DNA of 64,000 bases from an uncultured Gemmatimonadaceae bacterium (GTDB lineage Bacteria > Gemmatimonadota > Gemmatimonadetes > Gemmatimonadales > Gemmatimonadaceae): the NCBI GenBank assembly GCA_963781585.1, contig CAWAGQ010000004.1, positions 704,001 through 768,000 of the forward strand. The letters run 5' to 3'. The stretch's first letter is position 1, and each line of letters begins with the position of its first letter. Of the stretch, positions 34,901 through 43,970 are shown piece by piece. The notes under the pieces are model-generated. The model was given only the letters and a program-made list of their open reading frames with translations, searched no databases and had not been told where the DNA came from. Both the position numbers and the translations under genes were made by a program.

Positions 34901-35471
34901 GCTCATGGTCGACGGGAAACAGGTCGACAGCAAGTCCATGAAGGTGGTGATGGACCCGGCCGTACAACTCTCCGACGCGCAGCGTCGGCGCTACAACGAG
35001 ATCGTGAGCGATCTGCACGAGATGCAGCGGCGCGCGACCGAGGCGGCCACGGCGCTGAACACGATGTACCCGCAGATGACTGCCATCGCCACGAAGATCA
35101 AGGACATGAACGACGTTTCCGCCGGAGACAAGGAGCAGTTCGCGGCCTTCAACAAGGACTTCGACGGGATCCGCGACAAGTTTGGCGTACCCATGGGTGG
35201 AGCGGGCGGGCGTGGTGGCGGTCGCGGCGGTGGACGCGGAGCGCCGATCGATCCGCAGAACGTTCTGGCGCGGGTCGCGGCGCTGAAGGGTCAGATGCTG
35301 GGCATGTGGGAAATGCCGAGCGAGGCCCTGGTACGGCAGTACTCCGAGCTGAAGGGAGCGCTACCGAAGTCTGTGGCAGACGCCAACGCGTTTCTCGCCC
35401 GCGCCCTGAACATGAGTGCGATGCTCAAGCGGTATTCGCTGACGCTCACCGTTCCGGCCAGCCCAAAGTGA
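31992..35471 (+). CDS. Secreted VPS10/sortilin-like (BNR/Asp-box) beta-propeller protein, putative glycosyl hydrolase
   Basis: GGAGG RBS, signal peptide, FRSIGPATMSGRI, repeated SxDGGxTW Asp-boxes, GGMQDN. Confidence 0.88.
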   Translation: MAAHRFTTFGSAAVVALGLGWSSATAQSGPSSGPVAPEFEHLHFRSIGPATMSGRIADLAVFEANPAIFYVGSAHGGVWKTTSKGALFTPLMQDQGLLSIGDVTVSQQDPDLVWVGTGESNNRQSTSWGDGVFKSTDGGKSFQFMGLGNSKHVGRIVIDPGNNDVVLVAATGPLFGPGGDRGVYKTVDGGKTWKQVLKVDDETGANDLVMATTDPRILFASTYQRRRTACCMNGGGPGSGIWKSTDGGDTWRRVSGGGLPGESLGRIAVDVYRKNANIVYASIEGPGTGGRGFGGGGAAPEPDTAAGRGGQAGGRGGRGGGGGADQGVTGLYRSDDGGQNWHKVSSNNPRPMYFSQVRIDPNNPDRVYMGGVGLQMTIDGGQTFATDAALVAHDDIHAIWIDPGNSNHLLIGNDGGVYESFDMSKTWTFMPNLPVGLFYHVSYDMEMPYNVCGGMQDNYDWCGPSASRHGNGIMNYDWFQVQGGDGFVALPDQRDSRFVYTESQDGNMIRRNKITGESKSIRPNANNVTPPPAEGETFRFHWDTPMILSPNDPGILLVAANRVFRSTDHGDSWTVISPDLTTNADRDTIVTMGLKGSDIRISRDDGISQWPTIVALAESPRQPGVYYTGTDDGVVSISRDGGKSWQNITTRLSGFPAGAFVSEVVPSRFDAGTVYITVDNHRLNDFETHMWVSNDFGATFRSLNGDLRGQVVKTLTEDQRNPDVLYIGTETGIFLSLDRGKTWRRLKANLPTVRVDEITLHPRDNAMIVATHGRALWILDHLEPIQEYTAVASAGGDARLFSVPNALEWKAKDDRNDEFWGHNYFIGENPPTDAVIEFDLKRPVNNLSVRVTDGSGRTVRDITAPANRRQAGIQAVCWDLRVEPIETPNAGGGGGRGGAGRGGGGGGGGGRGGAQADIPGVPTPLPTPGYLPSDPCAPEGGAGGRGGGFGGFGGGGGAGPHVLPGTYTVALMVDGKQVDSKSMKVVMDPAVQLSDAQRRRYNEIVSDLHEMQRRATEAATALNTMYPQMTAIATKIKDMNDVSAGDKEQFAAFNKDFDGIRDKFGVPMGGAGGRGGGRGGGRGAPIDPQNVLARVAALKGQMLGMWEMPSEALVRQYSELKGALPKSVADANAFLARALNMSAMLKRYSLTLTVPASPK

Positions 35472-35579
35472 GCCCGTGCGCGAACGAACGCCGCCGCGCC
35501 GCGGACGAGCCGCGGCGCCCTGGGTCGCGGACCGATGAGTAGCGGGCTCGGTCCCTAGCACGTCCGCCGAAAACCGGCA

Positions 35580-35622
35580 GGTAGAGGGGAGACCGATATT
35601 GAGATCGCGTCTCCCCTCTGCC
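35580..35622. terminator. Strong hairpin (terminator or attenuator candidate)
   Basis: ggtagaggggagac (35580-35593) pairs with gtctcccctctgcc (35609-35622), plus an inner cgat/atcg stem; the U-tract is weak. Confidence 0.5.
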
Positions 35623-35744
35623 GTTGTCCGTCCCTATTCTCCAGCGGACCGGGCACGCACACCCCTGGCTCGCCCCCCACGCCGCGGCCCCATCCCACAC
35701 CTCGAGGTCACTCGTGCACTTCCCTGCCCCCACGGAGCGCCGTC

Positions 35745-36500
35745 GTGGCTGACCGCGACCCCGTTATCGACGTTGCCGGTCTCACGAAGACCTACGGTGA
35801 CATCACGGCGGTCCAGTCGCTTTCCTTCAGCGTGGCGGCGGGTGAGGTCCTTGGCCTCGTGGGACCCAACGGGGCCGGAAAGACCACCACACTCCGGTCG
35901 CTGTGCGGCATCGTCAATCCCACGCAGGGGACGATCCGGATCGCGGGCCACGATCTGCGCACTGACGCGCCCAGGGCGAAGGGTCAGCTGGCCTTCATTC
36001 CGGACGAGCCGCAGCTCTTCGACTACCTCACCGTTGAGGAACACCTGCGCTTCATCGGCCGGTTGTATGGCGTTGCCGAGACGCCCAGCCGCGCGCCGAT
36101 TCTGCTCGAGGAGCTGGAGCTGGTGGACAAGCGAAAGTCGTTTCCATCAGAACTTTCGCGCGGCATGCGCCAGAAGCTCGCGATCGCCTGCGGTCTGCTG
36201 CACGCGCCCGCGGCGCTGATCTTCGACGAGCCGCTTACCGGCCTGGACCCTGCCGGAATGAAGCGAATGCGTGCCACCATCGCGATGCGCGCGCGCGAGG
36301 GGGCGGCCGTGATTCTGAGTTCGCATCTGCTCCAGCTGGTGCAGGAGCTCTGCACCACGCTGCTCATTCTGCGGCGAGGCAAGTGCGTTGCGTACGGCCC
36401 CCTCGAGAGCATTGTTGCGGAGCAGCCGGATCTCGCGGGACGGAGCCTGGAGGACATCTTCCTGACGCTCACGGGCGACGCCACCGGCACGACGCGATGA
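35745..36500 (+). CDS. ABC transporter ATP-binding protein
   Basis: Walker A GPNGAGKTT, signature LSRGMRQK, Walker B LIFDEP, SSH. Confidence 0.95.
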   Translation: MADRDPVIDVAGLTKTYGDITAVQSLSFSVAAGEVLGLVGPNGAGKTTTLRSLCGIVNPTQGTIRIAGHDLRTDAPRAKGQLAFIPDEPQLFDYLTVEEHLRFIGRLYGVAETPSRAPILLEELELVDKRKSFPSELSRGMRQKLAIACGLLHAPAALIFDEPLTGLDPAGMKRMRATIAMRAREGAAVILSSHLLQLVQELCTTLLILRRGKCVAYGPLESIVAEQPDLAGRSLEDIFLTLTGDATGTTR

Positions 36501-38233
36501 GAGACGCCCTCGCCTACCTGATTGGACAATCCCTGCGGAACCGGCTCGCGCGCCAGCTGAGCCGCGTGCGCAGCCCGCGATACGCCATCGCCATGCTGGT
36601 CGGGGTGGCGTACTTCTGGTTCGCCTTTGTCCATCCCTATTCCTCGAGCACCACAACCAGCTCTCCCGGCGCGCCGGTGACCGGCGGGGTCAGCACCGCG
36701 CTCACGAGCTTTCTCGGCGTGTCCCTCGCAATCACCATGATCGTGTGGTGGCTGCGCGGGGGAGTGTCGGGCGCGCTGGCCTTTCAACCGGCGGAAGTGC
36801 AGATGCTCTTTCCGGCGCCGCTCTCCAGGCGCGAGCTGATCGGCTATCGGGTGGTGCGTTCGCAGGTGCTCATTCTCTTCAATGCGCTGATCTGGACGGT
36901 CCTCATGAGGCGGTGGGGGCTGCACCTGGCCGCTCCTCTGCGCTATGCCACTGCGTGGGCGTTCTTCTCCGTGCTCAGTCTGCACCGCCTGGGCGCGGCG
37001 CTGGTGCAGACGCCGCCCGTACGCGGGGGACGCAGAATCGCACTGACCGTGGCGAAAGGCCTCGCGTGGGGCGCCGCACTGGCGCTCGTCGCGGGCGTGG
37101 TGCCAGTCGTGCGAAGGATTGGAGAACTCGGTATGGCGGAGAGCGTGCGAGCTCTCGGGCAGGCGTTGACCGCCGGTCCGGCGGGAGCGGCGCTCTGGCC
37201 CTTCCGGCTCGTTCTCGCCCCGCTAACAGCCACCAGCATGTCGGCGTGGGTAACGTCGTTCGCTGTCGTGGGCCTGATCATTCTGCTGCACGTCGCGTGG
37301 GTGCTGGGCCTGAGGGTGGAGTTCGAGGAGGCGGCCGCGGTCGCGTCAGAGGAACTCGCCAAGCGTCTGGCGGCGTTCCGGGAACGGCGAGCCGGTGGCT
37401 CGGCGATGAGCCGACCGCGAAAGGTGAAGCGGGACTGGCTTCCGCTCGCGCCGATCGGACCTGCCCCGGTGGCGATTGCCTGGAAGAACACCCTGGCGCT
37501 GGTGCGCACGGGGGGTATCCGATCGGTGATCATGATCGGCGCCCTGGCGGTGCTCGGGACGGTCGTGTCGTCCGGACTGTCCCACGAGAATCCGGAGAGT
37601 CGGATTCTCGCGGCTGGACAGCTTCCTCTGGCGGTGGTGCTCGCGATTTCGATCTTCATGGGCCCCCGCATGCTGCGCAACGATCTCCGTCAGGACCTGC
37701 CGAGTCTCTCGCTCCTGAAGACGTATCCGCTCGGGGGCATGCAGATGGTCCTGGCCGAGATGGTGTCGCCGACGTTCGTGCTCACCCTGTTCCAGGTGGT
37801 GCTGATCGTGGCCGGTGGCTTGACGCTTCCCAGTGAGATGCGGGCGGTGGTCGGCAACACGCGACTGGTGGTCGGGATCGTGACGATTCCGCTGCTCCTG
37901 GCGACACTCAACGCGATGAACATCACGATCCAGAACGGCGGCGCCGTGCTGTTCCCGGGGTGGACGCGGCTTGGCCCCGATTCCGGCGGTGTCGAAGCGA
38001 TCGGCCAGAATCTCCTCTTTACCGTCGGATCGGTGCTGGTCCTCGTGCTGTCCCTGATTCTGCCCGCGATCTGGGGCGGGCTGGCGTTTCTGGTCACCCG
38101 GCCGTTCTTCGGCACCTTCGCGTTGGCGGTGGGGGCGGTAGCCTTTGCAGCCGCCATGATCGCCGAAGTGGGGTTCATGGTGGTGAGGCTCGGCCGCACG
38201 TTCGAGAAGATGGAGCTGAGCGCGCTGGTTTAG
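36497..38233 (+). CDS. Putative ABC exporter membrane subunit
   Basis: Many TM segments, FQPAEVQMLFPAPLSRRELI and LRNDLRQDL motifs; ATGA overlap with the ATPase gene. Confidence 0.82.
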   Translation: MRDALAYLIGQSLRNRLARQLSRVRSPRYAIAMLVGVAYFWFAFVHPYSSSTTTSSPGAPVTGGVSTALTSFLGVSLAITMIVWWLRGGVSGALAFQPAEVQMLFPAPLSRRELIGYRVVRSQVLILFNALIWTVLMRRWGLHLAAPLRYATAWAFFSVLSLHRLGAALVQTPPVRGGRRIALTVAKGLAWGAALALVAGVVPVVRRIGELGMAESVRALGQALTAGPAGAALWPFRLVLAPLTATSMSAWVTSFAVVGLIILLHVAWVLGLRVEFEEAAAVASEELAKRLAAFRERRAGGSAMSRPRKVKRDWLPLAPIGPAPVAIAWKNTLALVRTGGIRSVIMIGALAVLGTVVSSGLSHENPESRILAAGQLPLAVVLAISIFMGPRMLRNDLRQDLPSLSLLKTYPLGGMQMVLAEMVSPTFVLTLFQVVLIVAGGLTLPSEMRAVVGNTRLVVGIVTIPLLLATLNAMNITIQNGGAVLFPGWTRLGPDSGGVEAIGQNLLFTVGSVLVLVLSLILPAIWGGLAFLVTRPFFGTFALAVGAVAFAAAMIAEVGFMVVRLGRTFEKMELSALV

Positions 38234-38310
38234 GTGTCCCGGAGATCCGAAGGAGTTGTGGGCGGCCTCTGGGTTCAAGCTTTGCGGCGGCCATTTCCGC
38301 CCCATACTCG

Positions 38311-38787
38311 TTAGGTGCCGGATGTGCGGGGGGCGGGCAGCGGGTCGGCGGCGTCGAGCGTGGCCCGAACGGAGGCTGCCCATCGGCGCACCCGGTCGAT
38401 GTGGCCCTGCGCGCCCGCGGACTCGCTCGCCGGTGGCAGCGCGTCCGCCGCGGTCAGCGGCCATGTCGTCGGCCACCACGCCGGCGGAACGGCGTTCTTC
38501 TCGCGCACGCGTGCCGGCCCCTCGAACCGGCGGCGCGCCTCCCGCAACAGCTCCTTCGGCGTGGCGACGCCGTCCATGGATTGGGCGAGCATCTGGCGCC
38601 ACATGGCAAGCGCGGCGCCCACGTAGCCCTCCGGATGCTGCAGCGAATAGCACGCCACCGTGAGATGATGCACCGCGCCAAAGGCCGGCGGAAACGCCAG
38701 CTCGATGGCCAGGAGTGCATCGAAACGTGTCCGGCACGTGTCGCCGTCGGAGATGCCGGCACCGCACTGCGCACATGCGTCAGTCAT
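38311..38787 (-). CDS. DUF5946-like protein
   Basis: CAQCGA...CRTRFD...VHHLTVACYSLQHP...VRRWA pattern. Confidence 0.65.
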   Translation of the reverse strand: MTDACAQCGAGISDGDTCRTRFDALLAIELAFPPAFGAVHHLTVACYSLQHPEGYVGAALAMWRQMLAQSMDGVATPKELLREARRRFEGPARVREKNAVPPAWWPTTWPLTAADALPPASESAGAQGHIDRVRRWAASVRATLDAADPLPAPRTSGT

Positions 38788-38788
38788 G

Positions 38789-40009
38789 TCAACCGAGCAG
38801 CGCCCGCGTCAGGTATGCGATCGCGATCCCGGCGTAATTGCCGAACGCATTCCCCAGCATCCCGACCGCGACACCGGGAAGGATCAGATCCGGCCGCTTG
38901 CGCGCTCCCGAGAGCGCCATTGCAGTGGCGGCTCCGCCGACGTTCGCCTGGGACGCCACCGCCAGAAGGTCGCCGTTCATCCTGAGTGCGAAGCCGATGC
39001 CGAAGATGATGACGCCGTGAATGGCGACCGTTCCAGCAGCGAAGTAGAAGATCGCGGGGCCGACATCGACGATGTGCGAGATCACCGACTTGGCGCCGTT
39101 GCTCGCGAGGAACAACAGGAGCAGGAAGTTTCCCATCACGACGCTGCCCGAGAGTTTCCGGATGACCGGCAGCTGGGCGACCACCAGCACCAGCGTGGTC
39201 AGCCAGATGATCTTCGGCACGCCCGGCAGGAGCGACGCCAGCATGTCGGAGAGCCACATGATGCCCAGCGTCAGGCTCGACAATCCGGCGAAGTCTCTGA
39301 GCGTCAGTGGAACGCCGCTGCTCTGGAGTTGCGCATCCAGACCGATGGCAGCGACTCCGACCTCTCCGGTGGCGACCAACGGCGGCGTAGCTGGCTGCGC
39401 GCCATCCGGTGCGCCGGGCGCCCGGGCTGCGGGCCCGGGGGTCGCAGTTTGCGGTATCGGGGTGTTTGGTTGGCGGCCGCGCGCGACGAGTTCGGGAATC
39501 ACCAGGCAGGCAACCAGCCAGATGGCGGTGACGATCACGTCGGCTGCAATGCCGGCGGTGAAGAGATCGCTCCGCGTCTGCAACTGCTGACCTACCGCCG
39601 CGAAGTTCATTCCGCCGCCGATGTACGTGGCTGCGAACTGGCCCGAGAGCTTCCATGCGTCACTGCCGATGGAGGCGCTGACCACCCGCGCCATGATCAC
39701 GGCGCCGAGACCGGAGCCCACGGCGCCGATCGCGAACGCCGCCAGCATCGGCGCGCCGGCATCGCGGATCGAACCCAGGTTCACGCTGAGGAGAATGAGA
39801 ACGATGCCGGCGATCACCGCCTGCCCCAGCAGGAAGTCGTAGACCGGTGACTCGCCGGGAATCAGACCGAGATTGGAGAGTGTGAGCGCGAGGAGGATGG
39901 CCGTTGCCGCCGCGCCGATCTTCCTGAATGGTCGCAGGTGATCTTCCAGCCAGAGTGCCGCGAGGACCACCGCGGCGAGCACGAACAGGATCAGAACCGG
40001 GTTCGTCAC
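38789..40009 (-). CDS. DUF819-family membrane protein
   Basis: ATYIGGGMNFAAV and ASQANVGGAATA motifs; many TM segments. Confidence 0.85.
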   Translation of the reverse strand: MTNPVLILFVLAAVVLAALWLEDHLRPFRKIGAAATAILLALTLSNLGLIPGESPVYDFLLGQAVIAGIVLILLSVNLGSIRDAGAPMLAAFAIGAVGSGLGAVIMARVVSASIGSDAWKLSGQFAATYIGGGMNFAAVGQQLQTRSDLFTAGIAADVIVTAIWLVACLVIPELVARGRQPNTPIPQTATPGPAARAPGAPDGAQPATPPLVATGEVGVAAIGLDAQLQSSGVPLTLRDFAGLSSLTLGIMWLSDMLASLLPGVPKIIWLTTLVLVVAQLPVIRKLSGSVVMGNFLLLLFLASNGAKSVISHIVDVGPAIFYFAAGTVAIHGVIIFGIGFALRMNGDLLAVASQANVGGAATAMALSGARKRPDLILPGVAVGMLGNAFGNYAGIAIAYLTRALLG

Positions 40010-40100
40010 GTGTGTGCGCGCTGCGCGGCGCGGCGATCAGGAGCGAAGCGAGTTCCTGCCTCGCCAGGGCTGGTTTGGGGCAGCACTGGCGTCAGCATGA

Positions 40101-41138
40101 CTAGAACCCGAGGCTCGTGTCGAGCCGGTTCAGGAGGGGCTGTGCGTCGAGGAAGAGGCGCAGATTCCGGCAAAAGAGATCCGTGATGCGGGCGTTCTCC
40201 CGGTCGGAGGTACTGGCCGAGTGCGGACTGACGATGACGTTCTCCATTTGCCAGAGGGGACTCGACGGCGGCAGCGGTTCCTCCTGAAAGACATCCAGTC
40301 CGGCGCCGAGCAGGCGGCCGGAACGAAGGGCTTCGATGAGGGCGTTCTCGTCCACCAGCGCGCCCCGTCCGATGTTGATGAAGACCGCCCCCTCAGGAAG
40401 GAGCGCCAGTTCGGGCGCCCCGATCATGCGCTCCGTCTCCGGAGTGTGCGGCGCAATCAGCACCAGGTTCCGGGCCTCCGCCAGCACGCGATGCAGGTCG
40501 GCGGGGCCAAACAGCCCGTCGAGTTGCAGGTCGGCTGGTGCCATTGTCGATGGCGAGCGCTTCACGCCAAGCACGCGCATGCCGAACGCCTTGCCGATCC
40601 GCGCCACTTCCGATCCGACGTGTCCGACGCCAACGATGACGAGGGTTTGTCCGCGCAGATCCGTGCCCGCGAAGCGCTCCCAATGTCTCCGCCGCTGGTC
40701 GCGCAGGGTCATGAGGAGCTTCTTGTGGAAGGCGCACATCACCATGAAGCAGAACTCGGCAAGCGGCTGCGCGTGCACGCCGCTCGCTGTGGTGAACACC
40801 GTGCGCGGCATGGATGCGGCGTAGCCCATCCGTCGTACGTATTCACCGATGCCGGCGCTGGTGGCCTGGATCCACACCACGTTGGGCGCCAACACGGCGA
40901 GATCGGGGGCGTTGGCGCGATCGAAGTCGAGGAGGATGTCGGCGCGGGCGAGCAGTCGTCGCCATTCGGACTCCTGCTCCGGGGTGCGCACGAACGGTGC
41001 TCCGTGGTGGTCGGCGGGATATCGCGGCGGTGCCAGCAGGTCGGGGACGTACACTACGTCGAGTCGCGCATCGACCCGGCGTATCTGTTCCACCAGGTCG
41101 GGCTCGAAGTAGCTGGCGATGAGGAGGGTCGTGGTCAT
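40101..41138 (-). CDS. D-2-hydroxyacid dehydrogenase
   Basis: IVGVGHVG Rossmann motif, INIGRG, LDVFQEEPLP, SPH. Confidence 0.93.
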   Translation of the reverse strand: MTTTLLIASYFEPDLVEQIRRVDARLDVVYVPDLLAPPRYPADHHGAPFVRTPEQESEWRRLLARADILLDFDRANAPDLAVLAPNVVWIQATSAGIGEYVRRMGYAASMPRTVFTTASGVHAQPLAEFCFMVMCAFHKKLLMTLRDQRRRHWERFAGTDLRGQTLVIVGVGHVGSEVARIGKAFGMRVLGVKRSPSTMAPADLQLDGLFGPADLHRVLAEARNLVLIAPHTPETERMIGAPELALLPEGAVFINIGRGALVDENALIEALRSGRLLGAGLDVFQEEPLPPSSPLWQMENVIVSPHSASTSDRENARITDLFCRNLRLFLDAQPLLNRLDTSLGF

Positions 41139-41152
41139 CTCGTCGAACGGGC

Positions 41153-43792
41153 CTACCGCGCCATTCTGGTTTTCAGCTCCTCCACCCAGTTGAGGACCAC
41201 CACGATCGGGAGCGCGTCCGGGCGCTCTACCGGCTTCACCATGAGGAACCGATTGCCGTCCGGGGAAACATCATATCGATGCACGTCAATCGTGGTCGCG
41301 TGGTCGTACGGTCCGCGAAAGAGCACAACCGGCGCGGAGAAGCTCCCCGCCGCCGGATCTGCGGCCACGGACATCATGGCATCCCCGTGCCGGAACACGA
41401 TCTCCCGGCCCCCCCGCGAAAATCGTGGCTCGGTGCCGCCGGCGATGGATACCTGAATCCGGGCCCCTGATCCGTCGGTCGCACGAACGAAGACCTCCTC
41501 GCGGCCGCGGGCCTCCGCCGCAAACGCCACCCAGCGACCGTCGGGCGAGAGCGCCGGTTGGTTACCGCTTGCCGTGGAATCCAGCTGCCACGGTGGCCGG
41601 CGGCCATCGAGCGGCGCCAGCATGATCCGATTATCGCGGCGCACCGTTTCGACATACACCATGAGACCGGCGGCTGGCGAGATGCTCGTCGGGTTCTTGT
41701 CGTAGGGGCTCTCGACCACCGCGCGTGGAGGCACGCTGTTGTCGGCACGAACGGAGTAGATGTCGTAGGCGCGCGCCTCCCACGAACAGAGCACGCTCCG
41801 ACCGTCCGGCGCCCATACCGCGCTGAACACCGCGCCGGGGTGTCCTTCCACCGTGGTGAGGATCCCCCGTCCGACCTCGAAGAATCCCAGCGTCGGATAG
41901 GCCTCGCGAATCGTGACCGCGATCCACCTGCCGTCGGGCGACAGCCGCGGTTCCGAATACTTCCCTGGAGTTGGCAGAGCGTCCCGCTCCCGTCCATCGC
42001 GATCCACCCAGAGCACCCGCGCCTGAGTTGCCCAGGCCGTCGCGCTGACGTAGGCCAGCGTACCGTCAGGGGCGACGGCGTAGGCCGCCTGTCCCAGCGT
42101 CGGATTCCAGAACACGTCTTCCAGCACGGGCACCGCGTCACCGGAGGTGGTGAGTGTGCCGGGGTCGAATGCGATCGCGAACACGGTCCCGTCGCGAACG
42201 AAGAGCAGGTGGCCGCCCGGCGCGTACCGTCCGTTGACCGCATTCTCCTGCACGACCGTACGCGCGCCGGAGCGAAGGTCGATCGTCTCGATCCGCGAGC
42301 GTCCGATGGGAATCGCGTAGTTCGTGAACAGGGCGACCTGGCCCCCGGGCAGGGGCTGCGGCCGCCAGTGCGCCCACTCGCCGCGCGCGACGTCCAGCGA
42401 GGTCAGCGACCGCGACTGCCCGCCTGACGACGCAATGCTGGAGAGGCCGAAGTCACTCGCGCGCGTGTAGACAATGGACCCGTCGGGCATCCAGGCCCCG
42501 CCATCGAGGGCATCCTCGCTGAGGGTCACGCTCGGGCCGCCGCGCGACGGTACCTTGAGCAGCACGTGATCCCGGTTGAACGAGAGCCACTCGCCGTCGG
42601 TCGAGAAGGTCGCAAGCCGGCCCCCGTCGGTGCCGGCGATGCGGACCACGTCGCTCGACGCCAGATTCCGTACCAGCACGCCCTGCTGGTCGGGGCCGAT
42701 TTCGCCGCTGAGCGCGATGCGCCGACCGTCGGGAGACAGGTCGAGGTAGATCGAGCTGCCGCCCGGCTGCCCCATCGCGAGGGCGAAACGCGTCACGTCA
42801 CGGCGCGCGTTTCCGCCGGCGCGGCTCTTCAAGGTCCAACCGGCCACGAGACCAATCGCCAGCAGCACCAATCCGGCGACGGGCCACTGCCACGAGCGAA
42901 GCGCGCGCCGCCCGCCAAGCGGCGGACGCGACCGATCACGCGGGGCCGGAGTCGTGGTCGCTCCGGAAATGGCGCCCGCGAATTCCGCCGCGGAGTGGAA
43001 TCGGTCGGCGGGGAGCTTCTCGAGGGCGGTGAGCACGGCGTCCTCGACGTATGCCGGAATGCGCTCACGCCGCGCCGCCAGCGGCGCCGGCTTCTCCGTC
43101 ATCACCTTGGCCACGATGGCCTGCGCCGTGGGACCGGTGAACGGCGGCTCCCCGAGCAGCATCTCGTACAGCATCGCGCCGAGGGCGTACACGTCGGTGC
43201 GCGCGTCGAGGTCCCGCTCGCCCATGGCCTGCTCGGGGCTCATGTAGGTGGGCGTGCCCAGCGACAGCCCGGTCTCGGTCATCCGGCTGGCGCCATCGGA
43301 CCGGCTCACCGCCAGGGCGATACCGAAATCGGCGACCAGCGCCGCGCCGTCGTGCAGCAGGATGTTCTCGGGCTTGATGTCGCGATGAATCACGCCGTGC
43401 CGATGCGCGTAATCGAGCGCCGAGGCGATTTCGGTGGCGATACGCACGGCGTCGGATATAGGGAGCTGCTTCTCCCGTGTGAGTCGGTCGCGAAGCGATT
43501 CGCCTTCCACGTACGGCATCACGTAGTAGACGGTGCCGTTCACCTCGCCCGAGTCGTGAAGCGGGAGAATGTGCGGATGCTGGAGGTTCGCCGTCGTCTT
43601 GATCTCGGCGAGGAATCGCTCTGCCCCGATGACCGCGGCCAGCTCCGGGCGCAGCACCTTGATGGCGACCTGGCGGTCGTGCTTTAGGTCATGCGCGAGG
43701 TAGACCGTGGCCATGCCGCCCGCGCCGAGCTCGCGCTCGATCCGGTAGCTGTCCGAGAGGCTCCGGCGCAGCGCGTCGGCGGTGGTGGTCAC
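41153..43792 (-). CDS. Ser/Thr protein kinase with TM segment and TolB/PD40 beta-propellers
   Basis: LGAGGMATVY, VAIK, HRDIKPEN, DFG, GTPTYMSPEQ; SPDGR repeats; GTG 43792. Confidence 0.93.
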   Translation of the reverse strand: MTTTADALRRSLSDSYRIERELGAGGMATVYLAHDLKHDRQVAIKVLRPELAAVIGAERFLAEIKTTANLQHPHILPLHDSGEVNGTVYYVMPYVEGESLRDRLTREKQLPISDAVRIATEIASALDYAHRHGVIHRDIKPENILLHDGAALVADFGIALAVSRSDGASRMTETGLSLGTPTYMSPEQAMGERDLDARTDVYALGAMLYEMLLGEPPFTGPTAQAIVAKVMTEKPAPLAARRERIPAYVEDAVLTALEKLPADRFHSAAEFAGAISGATTTPAPRDRSRPPLGGRRALRSWQWPVAGLVLLAIGLVAGWTLKSRAGGNARRDVTRFALAMGQPGGSSIYLDLSPDGRRIALSGEIGPDQQGVLVRNLASSDVVRIAGTDGGRLATFSTDGEWLSFNRDHVLLKVPSRGGPSVTLSEDALDGGAWMPDGSIVYTRASDFGLSSIASSGGQSRSLTSLDVARGEWAHWRPQPLPGGQVALFTNYAIPIGRSRIETIDLRSGARTVVQENAVNGRYAPGGHLLFVRDGTVFAIAFDPGTLTTSGDAVPVLEDVFWNPTLGQAAYAVAPDGTLAYVSATAWATQARVLWVDRDGRERDALPTPGKYSEPRLSPDGRWIAVTIREAYPTLGFFEVGRGILTTVEGHPGAVFSAVWAPDGRSVLCSWEARAYDIYSVRADNSVPPRAVVESPYDKNPTSISPAAGLMVYVETVRRDNRIMLAPLDGRRPPWQLDSTASGNQPALSPDGRWVAFAAEARGREEVFVRATDGSGARIQVSIAGGTEPRFSRGGREIVFRHGDAMMSVAADPAAGSFSAPVVLFRGPYDHATTIDVHRYDVSPDGNRFLMVKPVERPDALPIVVVLNWVEELKTRMAR

Positions 43793-43970
43793 GAGAGAGG
43801 GGCGATGCGAGGGACCATCAGGAGAGGCAAACGTACGCGCGAGCCCCACCGCCTTCAACGCCCGAGAGGCCGGAGGAGAGCCGCCTTCCCATGATGCGCG
43901 ACGTCGGTACGTTATGGAGTGCATCCCCTTCCCGTTCGTGATACACCTCCGGTCCCGCCTCCAGGCCGCC

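Noticed and set aside
35529..35575. Hammerhead-ribozyme-like words (cGATGAg ... cGAAA)
   Set aside because: The core would need CUGAUGA, and I could not build stems I-III around it.
38255..38310. tRNA-like or att remnant (gggttcaagc) between convergent genes
   Set aside because: No T-stem or acceptor pairing and no match to the ssrA 3' end.
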